Origin: a virus
Strand: one strand, 5' to 3'
Virus genome (UHGV): UHGV-0212524
Length of the DNA: 64,000 bases
Positions 18,806-28,265 of the stretch are shown piece after piece. The translations under genes were made by a program, and so were the position numbers. Positions within the stretch are counted from its first letter, which is position 1. Every line of letters begins with the position of its first letter. The notes beneath the pieces were generated by a model that saw nothing but the letters and a program-made list of their open reading frames with translations, was not told the DNA's origin and searched no databases.

Positions 18806-19570
18806 ATGAAAACTATCGAATTCAAAAACAGCAACGTACGCGAGCAAGGACACATTATCACGAGCTTCCTGAAAAATTCTACACCGCATTTAGCTTATCA
18901 ATTCTACGGGAACGAACTTAAGATTGCCGGTTTTGATGAAGTTGAATTAAATAGGGCAAACGAATTCATTACCGACGTTATTGCCGACGAAGCTACCTGT
19001 TTAGTTCTGAACTTTGTTAAACCTGGAGAAGACATAAAGTCTGCCGAGAAGTTATTTATGGCAGTTTCTGAGAAACTATACGGTATCGTTGAGGTTGATA
19101 GCAATAACTATATTGTTTATTTTAAGCATTCTCCAAAGAAAAACCTCACTAAACTCAGAGAGTTTTTTGAACACAACCCTTCATACTGCGTAGATCTTTA
19201 CACCCTCGCTTACGACGGAAAAGTACATCCTAACAACCTTATTCGTTATGACTATATTCCGCATGTACCGGGAAGATTCGAGGCTACGGAATGGTTCTTA
19301 TTACACAAAGATCGGATTGCTTATTACAATTACGAAGAGATCAAAGGAATTGTAGACAAAATCAATGACGACTACTTACAAACTCGCGAAATGTTTTGCG
19401 TGACTGTAAGAGCTAACGGATTAACTTCGTTCACTTGTGACAACCGCGTCGGTCGTCGCGTCTACGATCTGCTAATAAAGGAACTCGACAAACTTACTCC
19501 GGTAAAAGTTGGTGTTAACTATTTAAATTGGATAAAGGCAGGATTAATTGATGAAAACCCTAAATTCTGA
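18806..19570 (+). CDS. hypothetical protein
   Basis: 254-aa ORF; AAGGAAA RBS. Confidence 0.55.
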   Translation: MKTIEFKNSNVREQGHIITSFLKNSTPHLAYQFYGNELKIAGFDEVELNRANEFITDVIADEATCLVLNFVKPGEDIKSAEKLFMAVSEKLYGIVEVDSNNYIVYFKHSPKKNLTKLREFFEHNPSYCVDLYTLAYDGKVHPNNLIRYDYIPHVPGRFEATEWFLLHKDRIAYYNYEEIKGIVDKINDDYLQTREMFCVTVRANGLTSFTCDNRVGRRVYDLLIKELDKLTPVKVGVNYLNWIKAGLIDENPKF

Positions 19571-19979
19571 TTTGCGTGATTACATTCGTAAATACCCAGC
19601 CAGTATTCCGGTACTGGCTTCACTCTCTTTATCGGGTATGGACCTTAATACCTTAACGGTAGAAAAATTCCACGAAGTGGTGAAGTCGTCGTATCAAATT
19701 GTTACCGATATGTCAGTGCGGAAACGTGCTGACTACCCAGACGGCGATTTCGGTACAGAGATGTTCACAGACTACGCAGTTGCGTATCTGATGGGACGTC
19801 ACTTTATCGATAAACTCAATACGGCTGTAGAAGGAGAAACAGTCACGGAAATTGTTAATGCTTGGCAGCAACGTATTGTGAGTGACGCTTACTGTCGTCA
19901 AGCCTTAAAGAAAATGTCGGCGGTAGCATTAACCAATGACCAACGTGCTTTAGAGTTCCTTAAGCACAACTACGAATAA
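19551..19979 (+). CDS. hypothetical protein (paralog of 21237..21668)
   Basis: ~142 aa; N-terminus L..D(L/I)R(D/N)YIR..P and overall length parallel 21237..21668. Confidence 0.55.
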   Translation: MKTLNSDLRDYIRKYPASIPVLASLSLSGMDLNTLTVEKFHEVVKSSYQIVTDMSVRKRADYPDGDFGTEMFTDYAVAYLMGRHFIDKLNTAVEGETVTEIVNAWQQRIVSDAYCRQALKKMSAVALTNDQRALEFLKHNYE

Positions 19980-20000
19980 TTTACCAAAAGGAAAAGTACC

Positions 20001-21167
20001 ATGTTTAATATTGAGATTACACCGCTCGTTAAAACTGAAATCCGTCCGGTTCCTGAAGCACAGTTACTCGATCAACTTTATCGTATATTCCTGGATAAAG
20101 GTGTGCATTTCCGTGTAGAACAAGTCAACGATGAAAGCATCGTGTTCTACTGGACTCACAGCAACGATTACCTTTGCGACACTATCGCGGTGGAAATCGG
20201 TGAGTTGCTCAACCCGGTAGAAACAACCGAGACAGAGCAACCGAAAGTCGAAGAGCAGCAGAAAGACGAACCGCACGTCCTCTGGTACGAAGGCGAAAAG
20301 ATTAAGGATATTAAAGAGGCGTTAGAGACCTTCTATCCCGATGATTTAGGCATTTACTGGGATAACAGCAAACTCGTCGTTCGATTGAAGAATGACGATC
20401 GTAACCTCATGGAAGAAGTACGTTCTGTCGCTGAGCTGATCGATAACGACACCGTTCGACTTATTTCGTTTCAAGGTATCGGAAAAGGTGAAGCGGACGA
20501 ATTCATGCGTATAGTTGTTCACGAACACAAGGAGAAAATTCGCCAGTCTAATTATGCTGGCGATACTCTAACTGTGCTTGTTGATAATGACCCTGTTGTT
20601 ATTAATCAACTGAACATCTGTATGCGTAAGTTAACAAAGAAAATTTTTCTTAACCAACTCGAAGAAGGGGAGCAACCGCGTGAAGAGTCCGATGTGTTGA
20701 AAGCCTTTACATACACTGGTCCAGATGCCGAAGCGATTAATGACACTTTGACAGCATTCTATTCTACCAAGGTAGAGACCAAACTCGAGGGCGAAAAACT
20801 CACCTTTAAATGGAAATGGTGGAACATTGCTTTTGAAGAAGAAATTCATAGTCTCATTAATGAGATTGTTGACAACCGTCTACGTCTTCTAACAATCACT
20901 ACTATTGGGAAAGAAGATGCCGATACGTTTATGCGTGATATCACTCGTTGGTTTCCTGAGAAAGTCCGTCAGTGGACTTACAAAAACGATACACTTACCA
21001 TTCTACTCAACTATGAACCCGGTATTATTGGAAAGTTAAAAACTCATCTGCGTGACTTGTGGTCAGTTCGTTTTCTTAATAATAACGAGCACTTACTCGA
21101 CGCGTACTTTAGAGAAATATCTTCTGGCGTAGGTTGCAACTGCCCTAACTGTCAGAAGCATCGCTAA
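20001..21167 (+). CDS. hypothetical protein with internal duplication and C-terminal CNCPNC
   Basis: 388 aa; two copies of ..IGKGEADEFMRIVVHEHKEKIRQ..DTLTVL.. / ..IGKEDADTFMRDITRWFPEKVRQ..DTLTIL..; ends GCNCPNCQKHR. Confidence 0.6.
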   Translation: MFNIEITPLVKTEIRPVPEAQLLDQLYRIFLDKGVHFRVEQVNDESIVFYWTHSNDYLCDTIAVEIGELLNPVETTETEQPKVEEQQKDEPHVLWYEGEKIKDIKEALETFYPDDLGIYWDNSKLVVRLKNDDRNLMEEVRSVAELIDNDTVRLISFQGIGKGEADEFMRIVVHEHKEKIRQSNYAGDTLTVLVDNDPVVINQLNICMRKLTKKIFLNQLEEGEQPREESDVLKAFTYTGPDAEAINDTLTAFYSTKVETKLEGEKLTFKWKWWNIAFEEEIHSLINEIVDNRLRLLTITTIGKEDADTFMRDITRWFPEKVRQWTYKNDTLTILLNYEPGIIGKLKTHLRDLWSVRFLNNNEHLLDAYFREISSGVGCNCPNCQKHR

Positions 21168-21184
21168 TTAACTAAAATCGTCCA

Positions 21185-21216
21185 AGGGGTGGTAAACCAC
21201 CCCTCTATTATTGTAT
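21185..21216 (+). terminator. hairpin terminator
   Basis: AGGGGTGG-TAAA-CCACCCCT followed by a T-rich stretch. Confidence 0.6.
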
Positions 21217-21236
21217 TTACCTAAAGGAGCATTAAA

Positions 21237-21668
21237 ATGTTTTTCGTATTAAAAGATGATATCCGTAACTACATTCGCAACAACCCGATTGCCCTGGGCG
21301 TTTTAGCAGGTTTCTGTCGTCCAAATACTGATTTCGATTTAGTTAAGTTAGAAGAATATCAGGAAATTGTGAATACTAACTACATGCACATCTGTAGCTG
21401 GGGTAAACGTCCTCGTGAAGAGTATCCCGCAGGTGAATTAGGCGACTCTATGCATCGTGACCAGAATCTGATGCACGAATTCGTTGAATACACACTGGAA
21501 AATCTTAACTATCCGCTTTTAGTCGACACTGTACCAGAAATGGTTGACGAGTGGTTAAGTCGTGTTTACAACGACCCTACTGCCAGCACTCTACTGAGTC
21601 AGATGTCGCAAACTTCTCGTGATATCGACACCCGGACCCTGATGTACCTAGCACACAACGTTCGCTAA
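21237..21668 (+). CDS. hypothetical protein (paralog of 19551..19979)
   Basis: 143 aa; AAGGAG RBS; terminator follows. Confidence 0.55.
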   Translation: MFFVLKDDIRNYIRNNPIALGVLAGFCRPNTDFDLVKLEEYQEIVNTNYMHICSWGKRPREEYPAGELGDSMHRDQNLMHEFVEYTLENLNYPLLVDTVPEMVDEWLSRVYNDPTASTLLSQMSQTSRDIDTRTLMYLAHNVR

Positions 21669-21675
21669 CCTCTCT

Positions 21676-21730
21676 CCGCTATAGGCTTCGGTCTATAGCG
21701 GAATTAATTTTCTTTCCCTTTTCTTTTTTG
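21676..21730 (+). terminator. rho-independent terminator
   Basis: CCGCTATAG..CTATAGCGG hairpin followed by a long T-rich tract. Confidence 0.65.
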
Positions 21731-21834
21731 TTATTTTGACGCTACTTTACTTACACCCTACCCGACTATTCCTATGCTGGCTGAGGGATGTAAAACGACC
21801 TCTTAAACCTTTTTACTTACTGTGAGTTAACGCG

Positions 21835-22683
21835 ATGTCTCTTACGTCAAAACAGAAACTGCTAAAACTCATCAACACTGAAAACAATATTAGTCCACCG
21901 TTGACTTTCAGTGATGTTGATATCGGAGAACCTACCGGTACTGGGGTTGATACCCAGGTGGTTCTGACCTCTAAACTCAAAGGCGATGAGTCTACTACTT
22001 TAACAGTGACTTACCACCGTCGTAATTTACCTGACTACTTAACCGGTGAGTTGGTATTCGGTAACGACAGTGTGGTAACCGCATCAGATTTGCTTAATGC
22101 GATCAACGCAAAATACAGCCTAAATATTTTACCCTCGGATATCGTTGACGCAAAAGTTGAAGGCGAAACCCATCAGCTTACCGCTAACGAGAAATCTTAC
22201 GAGTGGTGCGGTGTAGTAACGCTTACGCTGCATGATCCTATTGACCTGACTGAACTTTTACCAGTTACTCAATTAGAGAATCTGGTAGAGTATCCGTCCA
22301 CTAAGAAAGGTAACGCTGCGGTTTATTCACACCCGATTGATTTCACCGCAGAAAAAGATTACCTTGACCCGATTACTATCAACGACACCGTAGACTTGGT
22401 AGAGTTAGCCTCTAAACTGGATGGCGTCGTTGATGAGAAATGGGTAAGTGTACCTAAGAACGCGGCTAACAACCTGTACGGTGCTAAAGTTATTTACGAT
22501 GGTCCAACCGCAGGTTACGAAGGCGCAAATACGAAGTTCACTCGTGTGTTGGTGCTAACGCTCAGCCCGCTGTGTTCTAACCTGACCGGTAACCTGTTAA
22601 TTCACTTTAACGGTACCGATCGTCCGAAGTCGAAGATTGAATTAGCACAGACTAATCCGGTCTTACCGGGATTCTTAGATTAA
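21835..22683 (+). CDS. hypothetical protein, Y.(R/N)R family
   Basis: 282 aa; paralogous segments with 22697..23176 (DLL.(A/V)IN..YSL); weak RBS. Confidence 0.5.
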   Translation: MSLTSKQKLLKLINTENNISPPLTFSDVDIGEPTGTGVDTQVVLTSKLKGDESTTLTVTYHRRNLPDYLTGELVFGNDSVVTASDLLNAINAKYSLNILPSDIVDAKVEGETHQLTANEKSYEWCGVVTLTLHDPIDLTELLPVTQLENLVEYPSTKKGNAAVYSHPIDFTAEKDYLDPITINDTVDLVELASKLDGVVDEKWVSVPKNAANNLYGAKVIYDGPTAGYEGANTKFTRVLVLTLSPLCSNLTGNLLIHFNGTDRPKSKIELAQTNPVLPGFLD

Positions 22684-22696
22684 GAGGATTACAGTA

Positions 22697-23176
22697 ATGA
22701 CCAATCAAGAAACTATCTTCGACCTTATTAAAAAGGCTAACCCGGACGCTGAGTTCGACACCACCAAAGTCACGCTGGGCGATCCGGTTGTGACCACCGG
22801 TACTTACAATACCGAAATCACAGTTGCGTCAATTAAGAATCTCGGTTACACTAACGAACAAACGTTCCAGTATAACCGCATTGACGCAGGTTTGTATTTC
22901 CTGAACGTATTACCGAAACTGTTGGTAGAATCTGCAACGACTACCGCTGACTTACTGCCCGTCATTAACGAGCAGTACAGCCTAACCCTTACAGAAGACG
23001 ACGTGTGGGTAGAACAGGTTGGTGAGTTACCGTTGGACGGTAGCGCAATCGAACACGGTATTTTCTTCCGTCCTGAGTGTCTGACTTGGGTCGGCGGTTT
23101 TACGGTGCGTGTTGCACGTAAACCGGCTGTTGAAACACCGCCAGCTAAGCCATCACGCGCTAAGAAGAAAAAATAA
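22697..23176 (+). CDS. hypothetical protein, Y.(R/N)R family, Lys-rich C-terminus
   Basis: 159 aa; GAGG RBS; ends PAKPSRAKKKK; terminator follows. Confidence 0.55.
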   Translation: MTNQETIFDLIKKANPDAEFDTTKVTLGDPVVTTGTYNTEITVASIKNLGYTNEQTFQYNRIDAGLYFLNVLPKLLVESATTTADLLPVINEQYSLTLTEDDVWVEQVGELPLDGSAIEHGIFFRPECLTWVGGFTVRVARKPAVETPPAKPSRAKKKK

Positions 23177-23180
23177 TTAC

Positions 23181-23216
23181 AGGGTGGGGGTAATCCCCAC
23201 CCTCTTTTCTTTTTTG
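23181..23216 (+). terminator. rho-independent terminator
   Basis: AGGGTGGGG-GTAAT-CCCCACCCT + TCTTTTCTTTTTTG. Confidence 0.75.
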
Positions 23217-23239
23217 TGTAAAAGAGGAGTTAAACGAAA

Positions 23240-23830
23240 ATGGCTGAACGTTGGTCTAAAGAAGGTATCATTGAATCCAAAACCGATTTGGAAGGCGGGT
23301 ACGTCAACGACCCTGACGACTTAGGTGCAGAAACGAACCACGGTATCACGGTAACGACTGCACGTGAGTACGGTTACACAGGGAAGATGAAAGACCTTAC
23401 CCGTGCACAAGCATTCGATATCTACGATCGCGGTTGGTGGAAGAAGCTCAAACTTGATGAGATTTTCGCTATCTCACCGTTACTCGCGGACCGGATGTTT
23501 GATTTTGGTATTAACGCAGGTCGTGCCAACTGCGTGAAATCGCTACAGCGTATTCTCAACGTGTTGAACAACGAAGGTAAACTCTACGCGGACATCGATA
23601 CCGACGGCGGTATGGGGCCTAAAACGCTGGGCGCGTTGAACGCGTACCTGAAATATCGTAAAGATGAAGGGCTAAGCATTTTAATCTTTGCGTTAATCTC
23701 GCACCAAGTAACTTACTACACGGAAATCTCCGAAAAACGTAAGAGAAACGAGAAATACACCTACGGTTGGTACGGCCGCGTCTTCAGAGAAATGGCAGAT
23801 TATGCGGTAAAAGCGGGGTTAGTAAAATGA
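23240..23830 (+). CDS. endolysin candidate, GH108-type lysozyme domain with peptidoglycan-binding region
   Basis: 196 aa; EGGYVNDPDDLGAETNHGIT fits the GH108 N-terminal signature as recalled; AGAGGAG RBS. Confidence 0.65.
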   Translation: MAERWSKEGIIESKTDLEGGYVNDPDDLGAETNHGITVTTAREYGYTGKMKDLTRAQAFDIYDRGWWKKLKLDEIFAISPLLADRMFDFGINAGRANCVKSLQRILNVLNNEGKLYADIDTDGGMGPKTLGALNAYLKYRKDEGLSILIFALISHQVTYYTEISEKRKRNEKYTYGWYGRVFREMADYAVKAGLVK

Positions 23831-23931
23831 ACTGGTTTGCTAAACTCTTAGCGTTATTGTGGAAAGCGTTAACGTCTGGACGGAAACGTAAAGACGAAAA
23901 ACGTGGACAAGAGTTCTTCTGGTTTTTGTAA
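23827..23931 (+). CDS. small amphipathic peptide (34 aa), possible lysis-associated membrane peptide
   Basis: ATG overlaps endolysin stop; MNWFAKLLALLWKALTSGRKRKDEKRGQEFFWFL; below ORF-track length cut-off. Confidence 0.3.
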   Translation: MNWFAKLLALLWKALTSGRKRKDEKRGQEFFWFL

Positions 23932-23946
23932 GGAAAGGTGTGGGTA

Positions 23947-24612
23947 ATGGAAAAGCTTCAATATAAACGTTTAGATAATAAGTGGTTTGTATTAACGGAG
24001 GATTACCATTATCCGTTTACGTTACGTGAGATTTATCACGACCACGTACACTTAGACCGTGCGGTTTATTTAACCGGTGTATTACCTGACACGCAACTGT
24101 GGTTAACCGCTCCGAAAGGGTTCGTTACCGATTTAGCGTCAATTCCTGAACACTTACAGGGAATTTTCCATCCTGACGGACCGTGGGCACCTGCGGCCTG
24201 CATTCACGACTTACTCTATCAAAAATGTAACACGGAGCGTAGCTATCCCATGACACCGGGTGGTAACGTTTCGCGTATTATCGATAAAGAGTTCTCTGAC
24301 TTAACATTCCTGCGTATTATGCAGTCGTTGGAAATCTCGCCGTATATCTGCCAAACATTTTATAAAGCCGTGGCGGGGTTCGGTTGGGATGCTTACGTAG
24401 ACCCTAACGCGAAGCCGTCTTATACCACTAACGATTACCGTACGTTAGATTACAATCGAAACTATTTGTTCGTTCGTGAGTTTAAGGAGCCTGCTATTCC
24501 TGACCACGAACGTGTTGATATCACCACAGGTTGTCCCGTTAATGTCAAATACTTGAACATCAAACGGGCTTTTCTGTCTGGGAGGGAAGATGTTTCATCC
24601 AAATCCGAGTAA
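23947..24612 (+). CDS. hypothetical protein, possibly DUF1353-like
   Basis: ATG at 23947 with AGGAAAGG RBS; GFVTDLASIP resembles the DUF1353 signature as recalled. Confidence 0.45.
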   Translation: MEKLQYKRLDNKWFVLTEDYHYPFTLREIYHDHVHLDRAVYLTGVLPDTQLWLTAPKGFVTDLASIPEHLQGIFHPDGPWAPAACIHDLLYQKCNTERSYPMTPGGNVSRIIDKEFSDLTFLRIMQSLEISPYICQTFYKAVAGFGWDAYVDPNAKPSYTTNDYRTLDYNRNYLFVREFKEPAIPDHERVDITTGCPVNVKYLNIKRAFLSGREDVSSKSE

Positions 24613-25105
24613 CTTTAAACTCAAAGAGTTAGTACCACAATCGTACATCGCCAAATACGGTGATTCTGCAATTCGGTTTATGAACCCGTTGTTAATGATT
24701 TCGCTACAACAGATTCGTAACCGTTTCGGCAGAATGGTGATTAACTCGTCTGCTGCGCAACAGCGTGGCCTAAGAACCTTAGACTTTTTCATCAACCAAG
24801 AAAAGCCTAAGGGTGGTAACTATAAACAACGTGCGTTACAACTCTACTCTGATTCAGGGAGTCAGCACAAGTTCGGTAATGCATTTGACGCAACACTGTT
24901 AGACTCAACGGTAAAACAAGTCCACGACTATATCGCCGCTAATCCTGACGAATTTCCGTTCATTCACTTTATCGAATGCGACATCAGTTGGTTACATATC
25001 GACGTTCGTAACCAACCGAATATCACGTTCTGGTCACCGAATCGCGGTACTGTGAAAGTCGTGAAACAAAGCCCTATCGATTGGAGCGCCTTAGTTAAAA
25101 TCTAA
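24590..25105 (+). CDS. putative cell-wall peptidase (M15-like metallopeptidase)
   Basis: 171 aa; GGAGGG RBS; SQHKFGNAFD (H..G.A.D) and WLHIDVR resemble M15 Zn-ligand motifs. Confidence 0.45.
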   Translation: MFHPNPSNFKLKELVPQSYIAKYGDSAIRFMNPLLMISLQQIRNRFGRMVINSSAAQQRGLRTLDFFINQEKPKGGNYKQRALQLYSDSGSQHKFGNAFDATLLDSTVKQVHDYIAANPDEFPFIHFIECDISWLHIDVRNQPNITFWSPNRGTVKVVKQSPIDWSALVKI

Positions 25106-25195
25106 GCGCATAATCCTTAACTTAGGGTGATTGTACATTATTTTGTATAAACTGTCTTAGAACGCATTCTAGAGCGTTTTACGGACAAAATAAGC

Positions 25196-25222
25196 CTACC
25201 CTCCTGCTAAGCAGGAGGGTAT
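25196..25222. terminator. bidirectional hairpin between convergent genes
   Basis: TACCCTCCTGC..GCAGGAGGGTA inverted repeat between plus gene end (25105) and minus gene end (25226). Confidence 0.6.
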
Positions 25223-25225
25223 TTA

Positions 25226-25705
25226 TTATTCTACCGGGTGCAACATAGTGCCGGTATCCGGAATGCTGCCTTCGTGACATCTGAAGAACGTTACACCTTT
25301 ACCTTCACCCGTTTTGTAGTTGACGGTAGAATACGCAAACGTTGGGGTTTTCGACAGTAACCCGTTTACACGGTAATAGCGCTCACCGGTAACAACGTTT
25401 AAGTTACCGTCCACCTTGCCTAACAGGTCTTTATAAAGTTGCGGAGATTCAATTTTACCTTCGTCCCATGTAGCGACCCAATTCGCCCCTGTATCCATGA
25501 CTAACACCGAAAGGGGCATCAGTTTTAGGCTAGACGGTACCGGTTTAAAATCGTCGAATTCTTGAGAAGCAGCTGTACAGGTGTAAATGACCATATCGTG
25601 TTGGTCAACAGGTACGGTGGAGAACTGACCTTCTGCGTTCGGCTGAATAGCACAACTTGCCAATGTCATTACAAAAGCAACGACCACGAGAATGCGTTTT
25701 AGCAT
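25226..25705 (-). CDS. lipoprotein (signal peptide with lipobox LASC)
   Basis: Start at internal Met (MLKRILVVVAFVMTLASC) with AAGGGTGAG RBS; isolated on opposite strand between terminators. Confidence 0.6.
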   Translation of the reverse strand: MLKRILVVVAFVMTLASCAIQPNAEGQFSTVPVDQHDMVIYTCTAASQEFDDFKPVPSSLKLMPLSVLVMDTGANWVATWDEGKIESPQLYKDLLGKVDGNLNVVTGERYYRVNGLLSKTPTFAYSTVNYKTGEGKGVTFFRCHEGSIPDTGTMLHPVE

Positions 25706-25843
25706 AATCTCACCCTTATTAAAATTAAGAAAAATTAATTTTTTCAGGTTAGCGCCTACTGCCAACCGTCATATCTATATTTTAGGAAATGTCTAAAATA
25801 ACATTCTTATGCAATCCACCCCTACCACTTACGAGGTAAAAAG

Positions 25844-26380
25844 ATGGCTAAAACCTTCAAACTGCAGTTCGTCGAAGCTGTAATTGCTAAAAACCCAGGA
25901 ACCGCTTCTAATCTGACGGTTGATGATGTCGATTTTGGTGCTGTCGAAGCGCACAGCGGTACCGGTGGTCGTAACACCAAAATTACGCTGACCGCCAAGG
26001 CAGAAAGCCAGAACTTCAAAGGCGAGAAAGAATTCCACTACATTCGTCTGGCTTCTCAAGACCTGATCGGTGCCAAAGCTTACGAAAAAGCCGGTAGCCT
26101 CGATCTGGAAAACTCTGCCATTGTAACCAAACTGAACGAAGAAATGGTTACTAAAGGTTATGTCGATGACTATTTCGCTGAAAGCGAACTGACCATTGAG
26201 AAAACTGACGGGGATAGTGGTGCTAAAGTTTACACTGTCAAAGTAAACGATGCACACATTAAATTCCTGGCTGGTACTATTGCCACCTTCACTTATTCCA
26301 ACCCAGCTCCTGAGAAGGTAGCGCTGAGCGGTCTGGAAGGTGAACTTGATGGCTTCACTGCACCGGGTGTCGGTGGCTAA
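25844..26380 (+). CDS. hypothetical protein, LDGFTA paralog family
   Basis: 178 aa; NTKITLTA..NFKGEKEFHYIRL and C-terminal GELDGFTA shared with 26450..26980. Confidence 0.6.
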   Translation: MAKTFKLQFVEAVIAKNPGTASNLTVDDVDFGAVEAHSGTGGRNTKITLTAKAESQNFKGEKEFHYIRLASQDLIGAKAYEKAGSLDLENSAIVTKLNEEMVTKGYVDDYFAESELTIEKTDGDSGAKVYTVKVNDAHIKFLAGTIATFTYSNPAPEKVALSGLEGELDGFTAPGVGG

Positions 26381-26389
26381 GTAAGTTAA

Positions 26390-26422
26390 ATCGGGGGGGG
26401 TGACCTCCCCCGATATTTCTCT
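26390..26422 (+). terminator. hairpin terminator with G-run stem
   Basis: ATCGGGGGGGG-TGACC-TCCCCCGAT between the two LDGFTA paralogs. Confidence 0.55.
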
Positions 26423-26449
26423 AACTTGTTCTATTAAGGACCTAAGATA

Positions 26450-26980
26450 ATGGCCGCTACTAACCAGATGATGTTGGTCGCGCTTTATAATGCTGCTAAC
26501 GCTGAGCTACCGCATCAGATTACAGATAAAGAAGTGTCCTTTGGTCTCCCTACTGCGCTGGAAGGCGAAAGTAAGAATACCAAAGTTACCATGACCGCAC
26601 TACCGGGTTCTGAGAATTTCAAAGGCGAAATCGAACTGCATTACGATCGTCTGGAGCCGGGTGTTGTAGGACGGATTGAACTAACTGACGATCTGTCTCG
26701 TTGGGTTCAAGAAAATGAACTCCGCGCTTGGTTACAGCTATACATCAACAAAGTAAAACCTGACGACGCTATCGCGCCAGGTGACGTTGTGTACAGCACC
26801 GAAGACCAGAAAGACGAACATGAAAACGTCACTCTGCGTACCGTGACATGCACCGTTACTGAACAGAACCTCCGTTATAAACCGGGTGTAATGGCAACTT
26901 TCGTAATTACACCGAAGGTAGTCGATAATCGTATTGACCTGGCCACCACCGACGGTGAATTGGACGGTTTTACTGCTTAA
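26450..26980 (+). CDS. hypothetical protein, LDGFTA paralog family
   Basis: 176 aa; NTKVTMTA..NFKGEIELHYDRL and C-terminal DGELDGFTA. Confidence 0.6.
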   Translation: MAATNQMMLVALYNAANAELPHQITDKEVSFGLPTALEGESKNTKVTMTALPGSENFKGEIELHYDRLEPGVVGRIELTDDLSRWVQENELRAWLQLYINKVKPDDAIAPGDVVYSTEDQKDEHENVTLRTVTCTVTEQNLRYKPGVMATFVITPKVVDNRIDLATTDGELDGFTA

Positions 26981-27019
26981 CCGCTAAGTCAACTACTATA
27001 ACAAAAAATAATAAGTTTA

Positions 27020-27050
27020 CCTACCTCCTTTACGGAGGTAGGTATTTTTT
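27020..27050. terminator. bidirectional rho-independent terminator
   Basis: CCTACCTCC..GGAGGTAGG hairpin flanked by A-run and T-run; between convergent operons. Confidence 0.75.
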
Positions 27051-27723
27051 ATTCTAATCCCATTTCCAGCGCAAGTGCACGGATCGTGTCGTAGTCACGC
27101 TGTTCGGCGTACTGACGAATTTCACTTTTCTGGGCAGACATCGCGTTGTGTAGCTGTTGGTCACGTTTCACAATAGCCGCCATTAACGCTTTACATTGCT
27201 CCAGCGTAAACGGTTCTATACGTGTATTCGACGTGTCCAGCCAATAATCCGGTGCAGTTTCAGACTGGATATATTGACCCAGCATCTGACGAGAGGTTTC
27301 ATCCGCTTGGAAATGATGGCCGTCAACTTCGATATAACCGTGACGCTGGTCTTCGTATCGGTGTTCAATTTCCAACATGATTTTCTGGATATCTAAATAG
27401 ATATAGCGAGACGTCGAGCGCATATTCGAACGAATCTCGTCCAGGTTAATCTCCAGAACGTCAGTAATGAATTCTTTTGCTTTGTTCAGTGTAAACTTCG
27501 CCTCAATAGGAGACATTTCGTAAGTTTGCATCTGAGCTAAAGCTTCTTCATCACTCATCCCTTCAATCAACTTATAGTGCAGTAATGCACAGAACCCCGT
27601 ACGACCACGGTCTTCGTTACCTACACGTTCCATGTAGTTACCGTGGCGGTCAATTGGCAGATCGTGCGCGAAATAACGCGCCCGAATCTCTTCTTTCGTT
27701 AAGCTTTTGTTAGAAGCAGACAT
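27049..27723 (-). CDS. hypothetical protein, last gene of the radical-SAM/Cys-peptide operon
   Basis: 224 aa; overlaps upstream gene by 25 nt; bidirectional terminator follows. Confidence 0.6.
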   Translation of the reverse strand: MSASNKSLTKEEIRARYFAHDLPIDRHGNYMERVGNEDRGRTGFCALLHYKLIEGMSDEEALAQMQTYEMSPIEAKFTLNKAKEFITDVLEINLDEIRSNMRSTSRYIYLDIQKIMLEIEHRYEDQRHGYIEVDGHHFQADETSRQMLGQYIQSETAPDYWLDTSNTRIEPFTLEQCKALMAAIVKRDQQLHNAMSAQKSEIRQYAEQRDYDTIRALALEMGLE

Positions 27724-28265
27724 TCTTCTTCTCCAACCATACCTAATTCTTGCAGCAAGCCAAAATCAACCAACTGGAAGGTTTCAGAGAGATCGTTTGA
27801 CCACACCACGTTTGCAATGTCGCGTTCTTCATCCGTTAACTGTGGTAACACATTTTCGTTGAACGTCTGATGCTCTACGTAATAAGCATCGTAGATAGAC
27901 GTAGAACGCAAGCAACGGATTGGCAGACGCGGGAAAGACACCGCTAATGCAGCAATAGATGCGCTACTCGGATTCTCCGCAGAATAACGAAGCAATTCGA
28001 TCTTGTGGCGTGGGTAATCCAGTACGCGTTGTTCGAAACCCGGATTACGTTTTTCGATTTCCACAACGGACTCATGGCCTGTCTCTGTACAGTAAACGGG
28101 AATCATCACGTTTAGCCCGTACTTAATCAACAGAGGTTTAATCTCATCTGTAAAGTCTTCACCAGGGATAATGGCGTGAACGTTATAGAGTTTGTGTTTG
28201 CGCAGAAAACGCTCAACCAGGTGGAGTTTACGCTTCGTAAAATTGTGGATCAGAATTGATTTCAT
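27699..28265 (-). CDS. hypothetical protein
   Basis: Start at internal ATG 28265 (GAGG RBS); overlaps the radical SAM gene 3' end. Confidence 0.55.
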   Translation of the reverse strand: MKSILIHNFTKRKLHLVERFLRKHKLYNVHAIIPGEDFTDEIKPLLIKYGLNVMIPVYCTETGHESVVEIEKRNPGFEQRVLDYPRHKIELLRYSAENPSSASIAALAVSFPRLPIRCLRSTSIYDAYYVEHQTFNENVLPQLTDEERDIANVVWSNDLSETFQLVDFGLLQELGMVGEEECLLLTKA

